Both the position numbers and the translations under genes were made by a program. From an uncultured Arcobacteraceae bacterium (GTDB lineage Bacteria; Campylobacterota; Campylobacteria; Campylobacterales; Arcobacteraceae), in the NCBI GenBank assembly GCA_964022095.1, contig CAXHZO010000001.1, positions 160,001-224,000 on the forward strand: DNA of 64,000 nt, given 5' to 3'. Below are positions 10,265 to 20,150 of this stretch, piece after piece. How positions within the stretch are numbered: the stretch's first letter is position 1; every line of letters begins with the position of its first letter. The notes below the pieces were generated by a model. That model was not told the DNA's origin, did not search any database, and worked only from the letters and a program-made list of their open reading frames with translations.

Positions 10265-11913
10265 TGATTAGAATTTTAGCACTTATTTCTATATTTGCAA
10301 TTGCAGTATTTGCTGCTGGTGATGCAAATTTTGATGCATCAAAAAGAGAATTAAATATTCCTGCAATTATTATGTTCTTTATATTTGTGGGTGGAACATT
10401 AGGAATTACTTATTGGGCTGCAAAAAGAACTAAATCAGCAAGTGATTTTTATACAGCTGGTGGAGGGATTTCAGGATTCCAAAATGGTATGGCAATTGCT
10501 GGGGATTATATGTCAGCAGCATCATTCCTAGGATTATCAGGACTTGTTTATTTAAAAGGCTATGATGGTTTAGTATATGCAGTTGGATTCTTAGTTGGAT
10601 GGCCAGTAATTCTTTTCTTAATGGCTGAAAAACTTAGAAACTTAGGTAAATTTACATTTGCAGATATTGCAGCATATAGATTAGGACAAAAAGAAGTAAG
10701 AACACTAGCTGCTCTTGGCTCATTAGCTGTTGTAACTTTATATCTTATTGCACAAATGGTTGGTTCAGGAAAACTAATTCAAGTATTATTTGGATTAGAG
10801 TACGAATATGCTGTAATTTTAGTTGGTATTATGATGATTGTATATGTAACTTTTGGTGGTATGCTTGCAACTACTTGGGTACAAATTATTAAAGCTGTAT
10901 TATTACTTTCTGGTGTTACATTTATGGGATTTATGGTTTTAAGTCATTTTGGATTTAGCTTTGAAGCATTAGCAACAAAAGCTGTTGAGACACATGATTT
11001 AGGACAAGCGATAATGGCTCCAGGTGGATTTATTTCAGACCCAATTTCTGCAATTTCTCTTGGTCTTGCATTAATGCTAGGAACAGCTGGTCTTCCTCAT
11101 GTTCTTATGAGATTCTTTACAGTTGGTAATGCTAAAGAAGCTAGAAAATCTGTTGTTTATGCAACTGGGTTTATTGGATATTTTTATTTAGTAATTGCAA
11201 TTATTGGTTTAGGAGCAATTGTCTTTTTAAACTCACCAGAAGGTCAAGCATACTTTGTTGATGGGAAACTATTTGGTGGAAATAATATGGCAGCAATTCA
11301 CTTATCTCATGTAGTTGGTGGAAATATATTCTTAGGATTTATTTCAGCTGTTGCATTTGCTACTATTTTAGCAGTTGTTTCAGGTCTTACACTTGCTGGT
11401 GCAAGTGCAATTTCTCATGACCTTTATGCATCAGTTATAAATCCAAATGCTACAGAAGAGCAAGAAATTAAAGTTTCAAAAAGAGCGACAATTGTTATTG
11501 GTATAGTTGGAGTTGTCTTAGGTATTGCATTTGAACAACAAAATATTGCCTTTATGGTAGGTCTTGCATTTGCTATTGCTGCATCTGCAAATTTCCCAAT
11601 TTTATTTTTGTCAATTTATTGGTCTAAATTAACTACTAGAGGTGCTTTTATAGGTGGTTTAATTGGTTTATTTACCGCTGTAATTTTAGTTGTAGTAGGT
11701 CCAATTGTTTGGGTTCAAATTTTAGGAAATGAAGAAGCCCTATTCCCTTATAAACACCCTGCACTATTCTCTGTATCTGCAGCGTTTATAGCAATTTGGT
11801 TCTTCTCAATTACTGATAATTCACAAAGAGCAAAAGAAGATAGAGATGCTTATGAAGCTCAAAATATCAGAGCTGAAACTGGTATCGGTGCTGATGGAGC
11901 AGTTGAGCACTAA
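10264..11913 (+). CDS. actP: Cation/acetate symporter ActP, copy 1
   Basis: [43 protein letters not shown] and MRFFTV motifs. Confidence 0.9.
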   Translation: MIRILALISIFAIAVFAAGDANFDASKRELNIPAIIMFFIFVGGTLGITYWAAKRTKSASDFYTAGGGISGFQNGMAIAGDYMSAASFLGLSGLVYLKGYDGLVYAVGFLVGWPVILFLMAEKLRNLGKFTFADIAAYRLGQKEVRTLAALGSLAVVTLYLIAQMVGSGKLIQVLFGLEYEYAVILVGIMMIVYVTFGGMLATTWVQIIKAVLLLSGVTFMGFMVLSHFGFSFEALATKAVETHDLGQAIMAPGGFISDPISAISLGLALMLGTAGLPHVLMRFFTVGNAKEARKSVVYATGFIGYFYLVIAIIGLGAIVFLNSPEGQAYFVDGKLFGGNNMAAIHLSHVVGGNIFLGFISAVAFATILAVVSGLTLAGASAISHDLYASVINPNATEEQEIKVSKRATIVIGIVGVVLGIAFEQQNIAFMVGLAFAIAASANFPILFLSIYWSKLTTRGAFIGGLIGLFTAVILVVVGPIVWVQILGNEEALFPYKHPALFSVSAAFIAIWFFSITDNSQRAKEDRDAYEAQNIRAETGIGADGAVEH

Positions 11914-12160
11914 AGTAACATACTAAAGAGATTTTTTCTCTTTAGTAACATATTTGTAGTCTTGTGTTACATAAAGATACTAAAAACAATTATCAATACG
12001 ATATAACTTAATTTTTAATAAAAAAAATAAACTAAATTAAATAATTTATATATGTATTTTATGTTACAAATCTACATTTATTACATATTTTTTACATAAG
12101 ATTATTTAAAAATACCTGACAAACTTTCTTTACTATGTATAATACGATACATTTTTCAAT

Positions 12161-12177
12161 TGCTATTTAATTGCTAC
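12161..12177 (+). promoter_or_regulatory. TGCTAT-N5-TGCTAC direct-repeat operator
   Basis: Same motif, in the equivalent position to 9889-9905 relative to the DUF485 start. Confidence 0.55.
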
Positions 12178-12218
12178 TATTAAATGGCTATTGCAAAAAC
12201 TAGTAAAAAGGAAGCAAA

Positions 12219-12536
12219 ATGAACAACGAATTAGTTGAACGAATTGAATCTAATCCTAAATATCAGGAATTAGTTTCAAAGAGAAATGGATTTGGTATCA
12301 AATTAGGTATTTTTGTATTAGTTATGTTTTATTCATATATCTTAACTATTGCATTTAACAAAGAAGTACTAGCAACAAAAATAAGTGATGAGAGCATTAT
12401 TACAGTTGCATTTCCTATTGCATTAGCAATTTTAGTAATTAGTTTTATTACTACGTTAATCTATGTAAAAAGAGCTAACGGTGAGTTTGAAGACTTGACT
12501 AATGAAATTAAAAAAGATGTAAAGGATGTTATATAA
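12219..12536 (+). CDS. DUF485 membrane protein, copy 2
   Basis: Paralog of 9950..10264. Confidence 0.88.
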   Translation: MNNELVERIESNPKYQELVSKRNGFGIKLGIFVLVMFYSYILTIAFNKEVLATKISDESIITVAFPIALAILVISFITTLIYVKRANGEFEDLTNEIKKDVKDVI

Positions 12537-14185
12537 TGCTTAAAATTTTATCATTAATTGCTATTTTTGCAATCGCTGCATTTGCTGCTGGTGATGCAAC
12601 GTTTGAAGCAACAAAAAGAGATCTTAATATTCCTGCGATTATTATGTTCTTTATTTTTATTGTTGGTACTTTAGGGATTACTTATTGGGCTGCACAAAAA
12701 ACTAAATCTGCAAGTGACTTTTATACTGCTGGTGGGGGAATTACGGGGTTCCAAAACGGTTTAGCAATTGCAGGTGATTATATGTCAGCTGCTGCATTTC
12801 TTGGGGTATCTGGTCTTATTTACTTAAAAGGTTATGATGGTGTTATCTATGCAGTATCATTTTTAGTTGGATGGCCAATTATTCTTTTCTTTATGGCTGA
12901 AAAATTAAGAAACTTAGGTAAGTTTACTTTTGCTGATATTGCTGCATATAGACTTGGCCAAAAAGAGATTAGAACTTTAGCTGCATTTGGTTCACTTTCT
13001 GTTGTTATTTTATATCTTATTGCACAAATGGTTGGTGCAGGAAAATTAATTCAAGTACTATTTGGTATGGAGTATGAATTTGCTGTTATCTTAGTTGGTG
13101 TAATGATGATTATTTATGTAACTTTTGGTGGTATGCTAGCAACTACTTGGGTTCAAATTATCAAAGCTTGTTTACTATTAAGTGGTGTTTCATTTATGGC
13201 TGTAATGGTTTTATATAACTTTGATTATAGTTTTGAAAGTTTATTTAAAAATGCTGCTGAGAACCATAAAGCTGCTGAGTCTATTTTAGCTCCAGGTGGA
13301 TTTATTTCTGATCCAATTTCTGCTATTTCATTAGGTATGGCTTTAATGCTTGGTACTGCTGGTCTTCCACATGTACTTATGAGATTCTTTACAGTTGGTA
13401 ATGCAAAAGAAGCTAGAAAATCTGTTGTTTATGCAACTGGTTTTGTTGGTTACTTCTGGATTATTATTACTATTGTTGGATTTGGTGCAATTGCATTATT
13501 AAACTCTCCAGAAGGTACTAGCTATTTTGTTGATGGTAAACTATTTGGTGGAAACAATATGGCATCAATTCACTTATCACATTTACTAGGTGGTAATGCA
13601 TTCTTAGGATTTATTTCAGCTGTAGCATTTGCTACTATTTTAGCTGTTGTTTCAGGTCTTACATTAGCAGGAGCATCTGCAATTTCTCATGATATTTATG
13701 CAAATGTAATCAATCCAAATGCAAGTGATGAAAAAGTAGTTAAAATTTCTAAAATCACTGTAGTTATTGTTGGTATTGTTGGTGTTACTTTAGGTATTGC
13801 ATTTGAGCAACAAAATATTGCTTATATGGTTGGATTAGCATTTGGTATTGCAGCATCTGCAAACTTCCCAATTTTATTCTTATCTATTTACTGGAGAGGA
13901 TTAACAACTAGAGGTGCATTTATTGGTGGATTTATTGGTCTTATCACTGCTGTTACTCTTGTAATTGTTGGACCAATTGTTTGGGTACAAATTTTAGGAA
14001 ATGCTGAAGCTTTATTTCCATATAAACACCCTGCATTATTCTCAGTAACTGTAGCATTTGTTTCAATTTGGTTCTTCTCTAAAACTGATAACTCACAAAG
14101 AGGTAAAGACGAGAAAGAATTATTTAGAGCTCAAAATGTTAGAGCGAATACAGGTATTGGTGCAGCTGGAGCAGTTGATCACTAA
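12536..14185 (+). CDS. actP: Cation/acetate symporter ActP, copy 2
   Basis: 549-aa paralog of 10264..11913 with the same motifs. Confidence 0.9.
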   Translation: MLKILSLIAIFAIAAFAAGDATFEATKRDLNIPAIIMFFIFIVGTLGITYWAAQKTKSASDFYTAGGGITGFQNGLAIAGDYMSAAAFLGVSGLIYLKGYDGVIYAVSFLVGWPIILFFMAEKLRNLGKFTFADIAAYRLGQKEIRTLAAFGSLSVVILYLIAQMVGAGKLIQVLFGMEYEFAVILVGVMMIIYVTFGGMLATTWVQIIKACLLLSGVSFMAVMVLYNFDYSFESLFKNAAENHKAAESILAPGGFISDPISAISLGMALMLGTAGLPHVLMRFFTVGNAKEARKSVVYATGFVGYFWIIITIVGFGAIALLNSPEGTSYFVDGKLFGGNNMASIHLSHLLGGNAFLGFISAVAFATILAVVSGLTLAGASAISHDIYANVINPNASDEKVVKISKITVVIVGIVGVTLGIAFEQQNIAYMVGLAFGIAASANFPILFLSIYWRGLTTRGAFIGGFIGLITAVTLVIVGPIVWVQILGNAEALFPYKHPALFSVTVAFVSIWFFSKTDNSQRGKDEKELFRAQNVRANTGIGAAGAVDH

Positions 14186-14191
14186 TATTTT

Positions 14192-14222
14192 AAATCAAAG
14201 GAGGTTCCCTCCTTTGATTAAA
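14192..14222 (+). terminator. Hairpin after actP copy 2
   Basis: AATCAAAGGAGG-TTC-CCTCCTTTGATT stem. Confidence 0.6.
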
Positions 14223-14248
14223 TAAATTTAATCCATAAAGAGTCACTC

Positions 14249-16090
14249 ATGAGCATCTTAGAACAAAAACAGTTTATCAAAGCTATACACCCCTTTGAAA
14301 ATTTAACTAAAGGTCAACTTGATGACTTTGCAGAAAATATTGATATCACTTACTTTAAAGCAAATGAAACTATTCAAAAAGCTCAGAATGAACCTACTCA
14401 TTTATACTTTATTTTAAAAGGTATGGTTCAAGAAAAAAATGAAGAAGAAGTTTTATCAATATATTCTAATAATGAAATATTCGATGCAGTGTCATTAATC
14501 GAAAACTTTTCAAAGAATGAATTTGTTACTACACAAGAGACAATTTGTTATATGCTGCCAAGAGATATTTTTATAAAAACACTCCATGCAAACAATCAAT
14601 TAGAAAGTTACTTTTTCCAATCAATTTCAGATAAATTAAATAATCATATCAGTCAAGAAAAAAATAAAGAAATGGCTAATATTATGGTGGCAAAAGTAAA
14701 AGATGCACAAATACATAAAGCTGTTATAGTGGACTCAAATAAGACAATTCATGAAGCAGTAACAATAATAAAAAAAGAAAAAATTCCAACACTTCTTTTA
14801 AAAGATACTAATGATGAGATGTATGTAATTACAGATTCTGATTTTAGAGAAAAAGTAATTTTAAATAGAATGGACTTTGATGATAAAGTTATTAAAATAG
14901 CTTCAAAAGGTCTAGTTTATATAAATGAAAATGATTTTTTATTTAACGCACAATTAGTAATGGCCAAACATGGACTAAAAAGAGTTATTGTAAAAGATGA
15001 TAATAGTAATATTGTTGGAATTCTTGATCAAATTTCGCTTTCATCTTTCTTTGCTACTAATACATTTTCTGTTTCGAATCAGATTATAAAAGCAGAAACA
15101 ATAGAAGAGTTAAAAGCAGCATCTCACTCATTTATCAAAATAATTAAATCACTAAATGCAAAAGGTGTAAAAGTTGAATTTATATCAAGGTTAATTAATC
15201 AATTAAATAGAAAGCTTATTGACAAACTATATAAACTTTTAGCTCCTAATGAACTTTATGAAAAGTCATGCTTAGTAGTAATGGGGAGTGAAGGAAGAGG
15301 TGAGCAAATTTTAAAAACGGATCAAGACAATGCTTTAATAATTGAAGATGATTGTAGTATTGATTCAAAACAAATAGAACAATTTACTAAAAATTTTACT
15401 GAGACATTAGTTGATTTTGGTTTCCCTAGATGTGAAGGAAATATTATGGTTTCTAATCCTTATTGGTGTAGAAGGGAATCTAATTTTAAAGACTTAATAT
15501 ATTCGTGGGTAAATGAACCAAGTGGCGATAACTTTATGAATATTGCAATTTTTTATGATGCAATTAGTGTTACTGGAAATAAAGAATTAATAATTAGATT
15601 AAAAGAGTATTTATTTAAAGTAACAGGAAACTCACAAACATTTAATGCTCATTTTGCAAAAGTTATTTCAAGTTTTGATGTACCTTTAGGATTCTTTGAT
15701 GGATTTGTTTTCAATAATGATGATGAAAAGCACAAAGATGAAATTGATATAAAAAAAGGTGGTATATTTATTATTGTTCAAAGTATTAGAAGCCTTTGTT
15801 TAGAAAAAAAAGTTTTAAATATAAATACATTAAAAAGAATAAATAGACTTCAAGAACTTGGTGTATTAGATAAAGAGTTTGCAAAAGAACTAACTATGGC
15901 ATTTAACTTTTTAAATACCCTAAAACTAAAATCAAATTTAGAAAAATTAGATAGAAAAGAAAAAATTGATAATTATATAAACCCAGAGTACTTAACAACC
16001 ATGGAAAAAGACTTATTAAAAGATTCATTCAAAATTGTTAACAAGTTAAAAAAGAAATTAGAATACCACTTTAAGTTGAATTATGTTTAA
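14249..16090 (+). CDS. cNMP-binding/CBS-pair/DUF294 nucleotidyltransferase-like protein (copy 2)
   Basis: GSEGRGEQILKTDQDNAL, CEGNIMVSNPYW and IDIKKGG motifs. Confidence 0.88.
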   Translation: MSILEQKQFIKAIHPFENLTKGQLDDFAENIDITYFKANETIQKAQNEPTHLYFILKGMVQEKNEEEVLSIYSNNEIFDAVSLIENFSKNEFVTTQETICYMLPRDIFIKTLHANNQLESYFFQSISDKLNNHISQEKNKEMANIMVAKVKDAQIHKAVIVDSNKTIHEAVTIIKKEKIPTLLLKDTNDEMYVITDSDFREKVILNRMDFDDKVIKIASKGLVYINENDFLFNAQLVMAKHGLKRVIVKDDNSNIVGILDQISLSSFFATNTFSVSNQIIKAETIEELKAASHSFIKIIKSLNAKGVKVEFISRLINQLNRKLIDKLYKLLAPNELYEKSCLVVMGSEGRGEQILKTDQDNALIIEDDCSIDSKQIEQFTKNFTETLVDFGFPRCEGNIMVSNPYWCRRESNFKDLIYSWVNEPSGDNFMNIAIFYDAISVTGNKELIIRLKEYLFKVTGNSQTFNAHFAKVISSFDVPLGFFDGFVFNNDDEKHKDEIDIKKGGIFIIVQSIRSLCLEKKVLNINTLKRINRLQELGVLDKEFAKELTMAFNFLNTLKLKSNLEKLDRKEKIDNYINPEYLTTMEKDLLKDSFKIVNKLKKKLEYHFKLNYV

Positions 16091-16703
16091 AAATATAAGT
16101 AACTATTTTAATAAAAAAAACCTAATTGATAAAAAATATTCATACCTTTTTGATAAATCATCAAATGATGAATTTGTATGTTTTGATTGTGAAACAACAG
16201 GACTAGACCCAAAAGTTGATGATATTATATCAATCGGAGCAGTTACAATTAAAAATAACACAGTAGTATCTAGCAAAAAGTTTGTTAAGTTTGTAAAACC
16301 AAAAACAACTTTGCAAGCAGAAGCTATTAAAATCCATCATATCAGACAAATGGACTTACTAGATGCAGAAGATATTGATGAAGTTATTTTAGAGTTTTTA
16401 GATTATATTGGAAATAAACCTTTGGTTGGATACTTTTTAGAATTTGATATTGCAATGATAAATAAATATTTAAAACCTAAACTTGGTATTAAACTTCCAA
16501 ATAGAGCTTATGAAGTTTCAGCTATTTACTATGATTATAAAATAGAAAAAATTCCTCAAAGTAATATTGATTTAAGATTTGACACAATAATGAGTGATTT
16601 ACAAATTCCAGTAATGGGAAAACATGATGCATATAATGATGCGTTAATGACAGCATTAATATTTATTAAATTAAAAAACCAAACTAAGGTAAAAATCAAA
16701 TAA
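16083..16703 (+). CDS. DEDDh 3'-5' exonuclease (copy 2)
   Basis: FDCETTGL, GYFLEFD and HDAYNDA motifs. Confidence 0.88.
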   Translation: MFKNISNYFNKKNLIDKKYSYLFDKSSNDEFVCFDCETTGLDPKVDDIISIGAVTIKNNTVVSSKKFVKFVKPKTTLQAEAIKIHHIRQMDLLDAEDIDEVILEFLDYIGNKPLVGYFLEFDIAMINKYLKPKLGIKLPNRAYEVSAIYYDYKIEKIPQSNIDLRFDTIMSDLQIPVMGKHDAYNDALMTALIFIKLKNQTKVKIK

Positions 16704-16899
16704 CTGTTACAAAATGCTCACTTTACAAAAAGTTGAGTTAAATGTACAACTATTGTACATTTTCACCTTCTATATCTTACTAATTATACATATATAAAGC
16801 ACTTTAGCCTTAGATTTGATCTATTTAACCTTTTTTTACATAAGAATGTACACTTTATGTACTTTTTTTACTTTTACTAATAAATTTTTCTTTATCTAA

Positions 16900-16932
16900 T
16901 GCTACTTTATTGCTACGCTTATTTTTTATAAT
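16900..16932 (+). promoter_or_regulatory. pta promoter: TGCTAC-N5-TGCTAC operator 10 nt upstream of TATAAT
   Basis: TGCTAC at 16900 and 16911; TATAAT at 16927-16932. Confidence 0.65.
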
Positions 16933-16968
16933 CTAATCTGAAAGTTTAAAGTAGAAAGGATAACTTAG

Positions 16969-17964
16969 ATGGGTTTAATTGAAAGCATTAAAGAAAAAGC
17001 AAAAGTACAATTAAGAACAATTGTTCTTCCAGAAACTGAAGATGAGAGAGTGTTAAAAGCTGCTCATATCGTATTAGAAGAAAAAACTGCAAATGTAGTT
17101 TTAATTGGTAACGAAGACACTATAAAAGCTGATGCAGCTAACTGTGGTGCAAATATTGAAGGTGCAGCAATTGTTGATCCAAAGAAATTTGACAATATTG
17201 ATAAGTATATTGATGAATTAGTTGAATTAAGAAGAACTAAGAATCTTTCAAGAGAAGAAGCAACTGAAATTATGACTACTGAGCCAAGATTCTTTGGTTG
17301 TATGATGGTTAGACTTGGAGATGCTGATGGGTTAGTTGCGGGTTCTAACTCACCAACTGCAGATGTTTTAAAAGCTGCTATTCAAGTTATTAAAACAGCT
17401 CCTGGTATTAATACTGTTTCTTCAACATTTGTAATGGAAACAAAAGATGGTAAATTTGGAGACAATGGATTAATCTTATTTGCAGACTGTGCAGTTATTC
17501 CAGAGCCAAATGCAGAACAATTAGCTGATATTGCTGCTGCTACTGCTGCTACTGCTAGTTCAGTTGTAGGATTAGATCCAAGAGTTGCAATGTTGTCATT
17601 TTCAACTAAAGGAAGTGCAAAACATCCATTAGTAGATAAAGTACAATATGCTTGTGAAATCTTAGATGAAAGAAATGTTGATTTCTCATTTGATGGTGAA
17701 ATGCAAGCTGATGCAGCTATTGTTGAAGCAATTGGAGCTAAGAAAGCACCTGATTCAAAAGTTGCTGGTAAAGCAAATGTATTAGTATTCCCTGACTTAC
17801 AGTCTGGAAATATTGGATATAAATTAGTTCAAAGATTTGCTGGAGCTGAAGCTCATGGACCAATCGTTCAAGGTTTAAATAAACCAGTTAATGATTTATC
17901 AAGAGGTTGTTCAGTAGAAGATATTGCAAACTTAGTAGCTATTACAGCAACACAAATTAAATAA
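16969..17964 (+). CDS. pta: Phosphate acetyltransferase (short form)
   Basis: FADCAV, MLSFSTKGSA, DGEMQADAA, FPDLQSGNIGYK and PVNDLSRG motifs. Confidence 0.95.
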   Translation: MGLIESIKEKAKVQLRTIVLPETEDERVLKAAHIVLEEKTANVVLIGNEDTIKADAANCGANIEGAAIVDPKKFDNIDKYIDELVELRRTKNLSREEATEIMTTEPRFFGCMMVRLGDADGLVAGSNSPTADVLKAAIQVIKTAPGINTVSSTFVMETKDGKFGDNGLILFADCAVIPEPNAEQLADIAAATAATASSVVGLDPRVAMLSFSTKGSAKHPLVDKVQYACEILDERNVDFSFDGEMQADAAIVEAIGAKKAPDSKVAGKANVLVFPDLQSGNIGYKLVQRFAGAEAHGPIVQGLNKPVNDLSRGCSVEDIANLVAITATQIK

Positions 17965-17995
17965 TTAAAACTAAAATAAAAAAAGGAAAATAAAT

Positions 17996-19192
17996 ATGTT
18001 AGTATTCATTTTAAACGCAGGAAGTTCTTCATTAAAGTACCAATTAATGAACCCAGTTATCAAAAAAGTATTCGCTCAAGGTATTTGTGAAAGAATTGGT
18101 ATTGATGGTGTTTTAAAACATGAATTTGGTGAAAAAGAATTAGAATTAAATATTGACATGCCTACACATAAAGAAGCAATTGAAGCTGTATTATCTACTT
18201 TAACAGCTGGTGAAGGTAAAGTTATTGATTCAATTAATGACATTGAAGCAATTGGACACAGAGCAGTTCATGGTGGTGAAGAGTTCTCTGGTTCAGTAAA
18301 AGTTACTGACCAAGTTATTGAAACTATGAAAAGATTAATTCCACTTGCACCTTTACATAACCCAGCAAATATTTTAGGTATGGAAATTTGTAAAGAATTA
18401 ATGCCAGGTAAACCAAATGTTGCTGTATTTGATACTGCATTCCACCAAACTATGCCTGATTATGCTTACATGTATGCATTACCATATGACCAATATACTA
18501 AACATGGTATTAGAAAATATGGTTTCCACGGAACTAGTCACTACTTCGTATCAAATGAAGCTAGAGGAATGTTAGATAAAAAACACAATACTAGAATTAT
18601 TGTTTGTCACTTAGGAAATGGTTCATCTGTTTCTGCAGTTTTAAATGGTAAATGTATTGATACATCAATGGGTCTTACTCCTGTTCAAGGTTTAATGATG
18701 GGAACAAGAGCTGGTGATGTTGGTGCTGGTGCTTTACAATATATGATGTCTCAAGAAGGTATGAGTATTGATGATGCATTAAATATAATGAACAAAAAAT
18801 CAGGTATCTTAGGTATTTCTGGTAAATCTTCAGATTTAAGAGAAGTATTAGATGGTATGAGTGATGGTGATGAAAGATGTAGATTAGCAGTTGATATGGT
18901 TGCTTATAACATCAAAAAATATGTAGGAGCTTATGTAGCTTCACTTGATGGTGTTGATGCATTATGTTTCACAGGTGGTATTGGTGAAAATGCTGCATTA
19001 ATTAGAGAAAAAGTTTGTGCTGGATTAGACTCTATGGGATTAGTTTTAGACCCAGTTAAAAATAACAAAAGAGCTAAAACTGCTAGAGATATTTCTACTA
19101 ATGGTTCTGCTTCAAGAATTTTTGTAATTCCTACAAATGAAGAGTATGTAATTGCAAATGATACTTATAAAGTAGTTACAGAAGGTAAGTAA
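17996..19192 (+). CDS. ackA: Acetate kinase
   Basis: LNAGSSSLKY, PLAPLHNP, RKYGFHGTSH, HLGNGSS and IPTNEE motifs. Confidence 0.97.
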   Translation: MLVFILNAGSSSLKYQLMNPVIKKVFAQGICERIGIDGVLKHEFGEKELELNIDMPTHKEAIEAVLSTLTAGEGKVIDSINDIEAIGHRAVHGGEEFSGSVKVTDQVIETMKRLIPLAPLHNPANILGMEICKELMPGKPNVAVFDTAFHQTMPDYAYMYALPYDQYTKHGIRKYGFHGTSHYFVSNEARGMLDKKHNTRIIVCHLGNGSSVSAVLNGKCIDTSMGLTPVQGLMMGTRAGDVGAGALQYMMSQEGMSIDDALNIMNKKSGILGISGKSSDLREVLDGMSDGDERCRLAVDMVAYNIKKYVGAYVASLDGVDALCFTGGIGENAALIREKVCAGLDSMGLVLDPVKNNKRAKTARDISTNGSASRIFVIPTNEEYVIANDTYKVVTEGK

Positions 19193-19210
19193 TTTTTTTA
19201 AATTACCACT

Positions 19211-19249
19211 AAAAAAAAGGGGGAAGCAAAATTGCTTCCCCCTTTTTTT
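19211..19249. terminator. Bidirectional terminator between ackA and sppA
   Basis: A-run, GGGGAAGCAA/TTGCTTCCCC stem, T-run. Confidence 0.85.
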
Positions 19250-19262
19250 ATAACTAAATTTT

Positions 19263-20150
19263 TTAATAAGCTTTTAATCCATTAGAAAAATATACAGAAA
19301 CTTGAGAAACTGTTTCACTTATTATTTTATCAATAAACTTCTCGAATCTATCAGGCTTTTTCCATACAGGAATTTTAACTTTTGATAATTCTTCTAAGTT
19401 TCTTCTAGCAGTTGAAAGAGTAGCTACCTCATCAATTAAACCTACTTTTTTTGCACTTAAAGCATTAAATATTTTTGCATCAGCAAATTGTGTATGATTT
19501 TTCACATCAAGTTTTCTAGCTGTAGCAACATCAGTTATAAACATCTCATATGTTTCATCAATTACAGTTTGTAAATACTCTTGCTCATAATCAAACCACT
19601 TTCTGCTTGGTGTTCCTATTTCTTTATATTTACCTGCTTTTACAGTTTGTGTTGAAACTCCAATGTTTTTCATTAGTTCTTCGACATTAACACCTTGCAT
19701 AATTACACCAATTGATCCAACCATACTTCCTGGATTTGCAATAATTTTATCTGCCCAAATAGAAGCATAGTAACTTCCACTAGCAATTACACCACTAGCA
19801 TAAACAACAACAGGTTTAACTTCTTTTAGCTCTTTAATAGCATATGCTAACTCCACTGAAGGTGCAACTGCACCACCTGGCGAGTTTACATCTAAAAGTA
19901 CACCTTTTATATTAAAATCATTTTTTGCTTTCTCTATTTGTTCTAATGTTTTAGAAACATCTAAGATTGGTCCAAATAATTCAATCTTTTGTAAGTTTGC
20001 ATAAGAATTAGTATCTTCTGATAAAGGATCAGTTGAATCAAATACAAAAAAATAAAGAATTGTTAAAAATACAATTGTTTTAAAATATTTTGTAATAAAA
20101 TCTAAAACTGCAATAACAGGAGAAAATAAAAACTTTAAAAACCTAAACAT
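19263..20150 (-). CDS. sppA: Signal peptide peptidase SppA (S49)
   Basis: NSPGGAV, ASGSYY, GSIGV and KAGKYK motifs; probable ATG at 20150. Confidence 0.9.
   Translation of the reverse strand: MFRFLKFLFSPVIAVLDFITKYFKTIVFLTILYFFVFDSTDPLSEDTNSYANLQKIELFGPILDVSKTLEQIEKAKNDFNIKGVLLDVNSPGGAVAPSVELAYAIKELKEVKPVVVYASGVIASGSYYASIWADKIIANPGSMVGSIGVIMQGVNVEELMKNIGVSTQTVKAGKYKEIGTPSRKWFDYEQEYLQTVIDETYEMFITDVATARKLDVKNHTQFADAKIFNALSAKKVGLIDEVATLSTARRNLEELSKVKIPVWKKPDRFEKFIDKIISETVSQVSVYFSNGLKAY

Noticed and set aside
7323-16703. Nucleotidyltransferase + nuclease pairs as an anti-phage (CBASS or toxin-antitoxin) system
   Set aside because: The cNMP-CBS-DUF294 architecture and the transporter/pta-ackA context point to metabolic regulation; no effector or defence-island genes are present.
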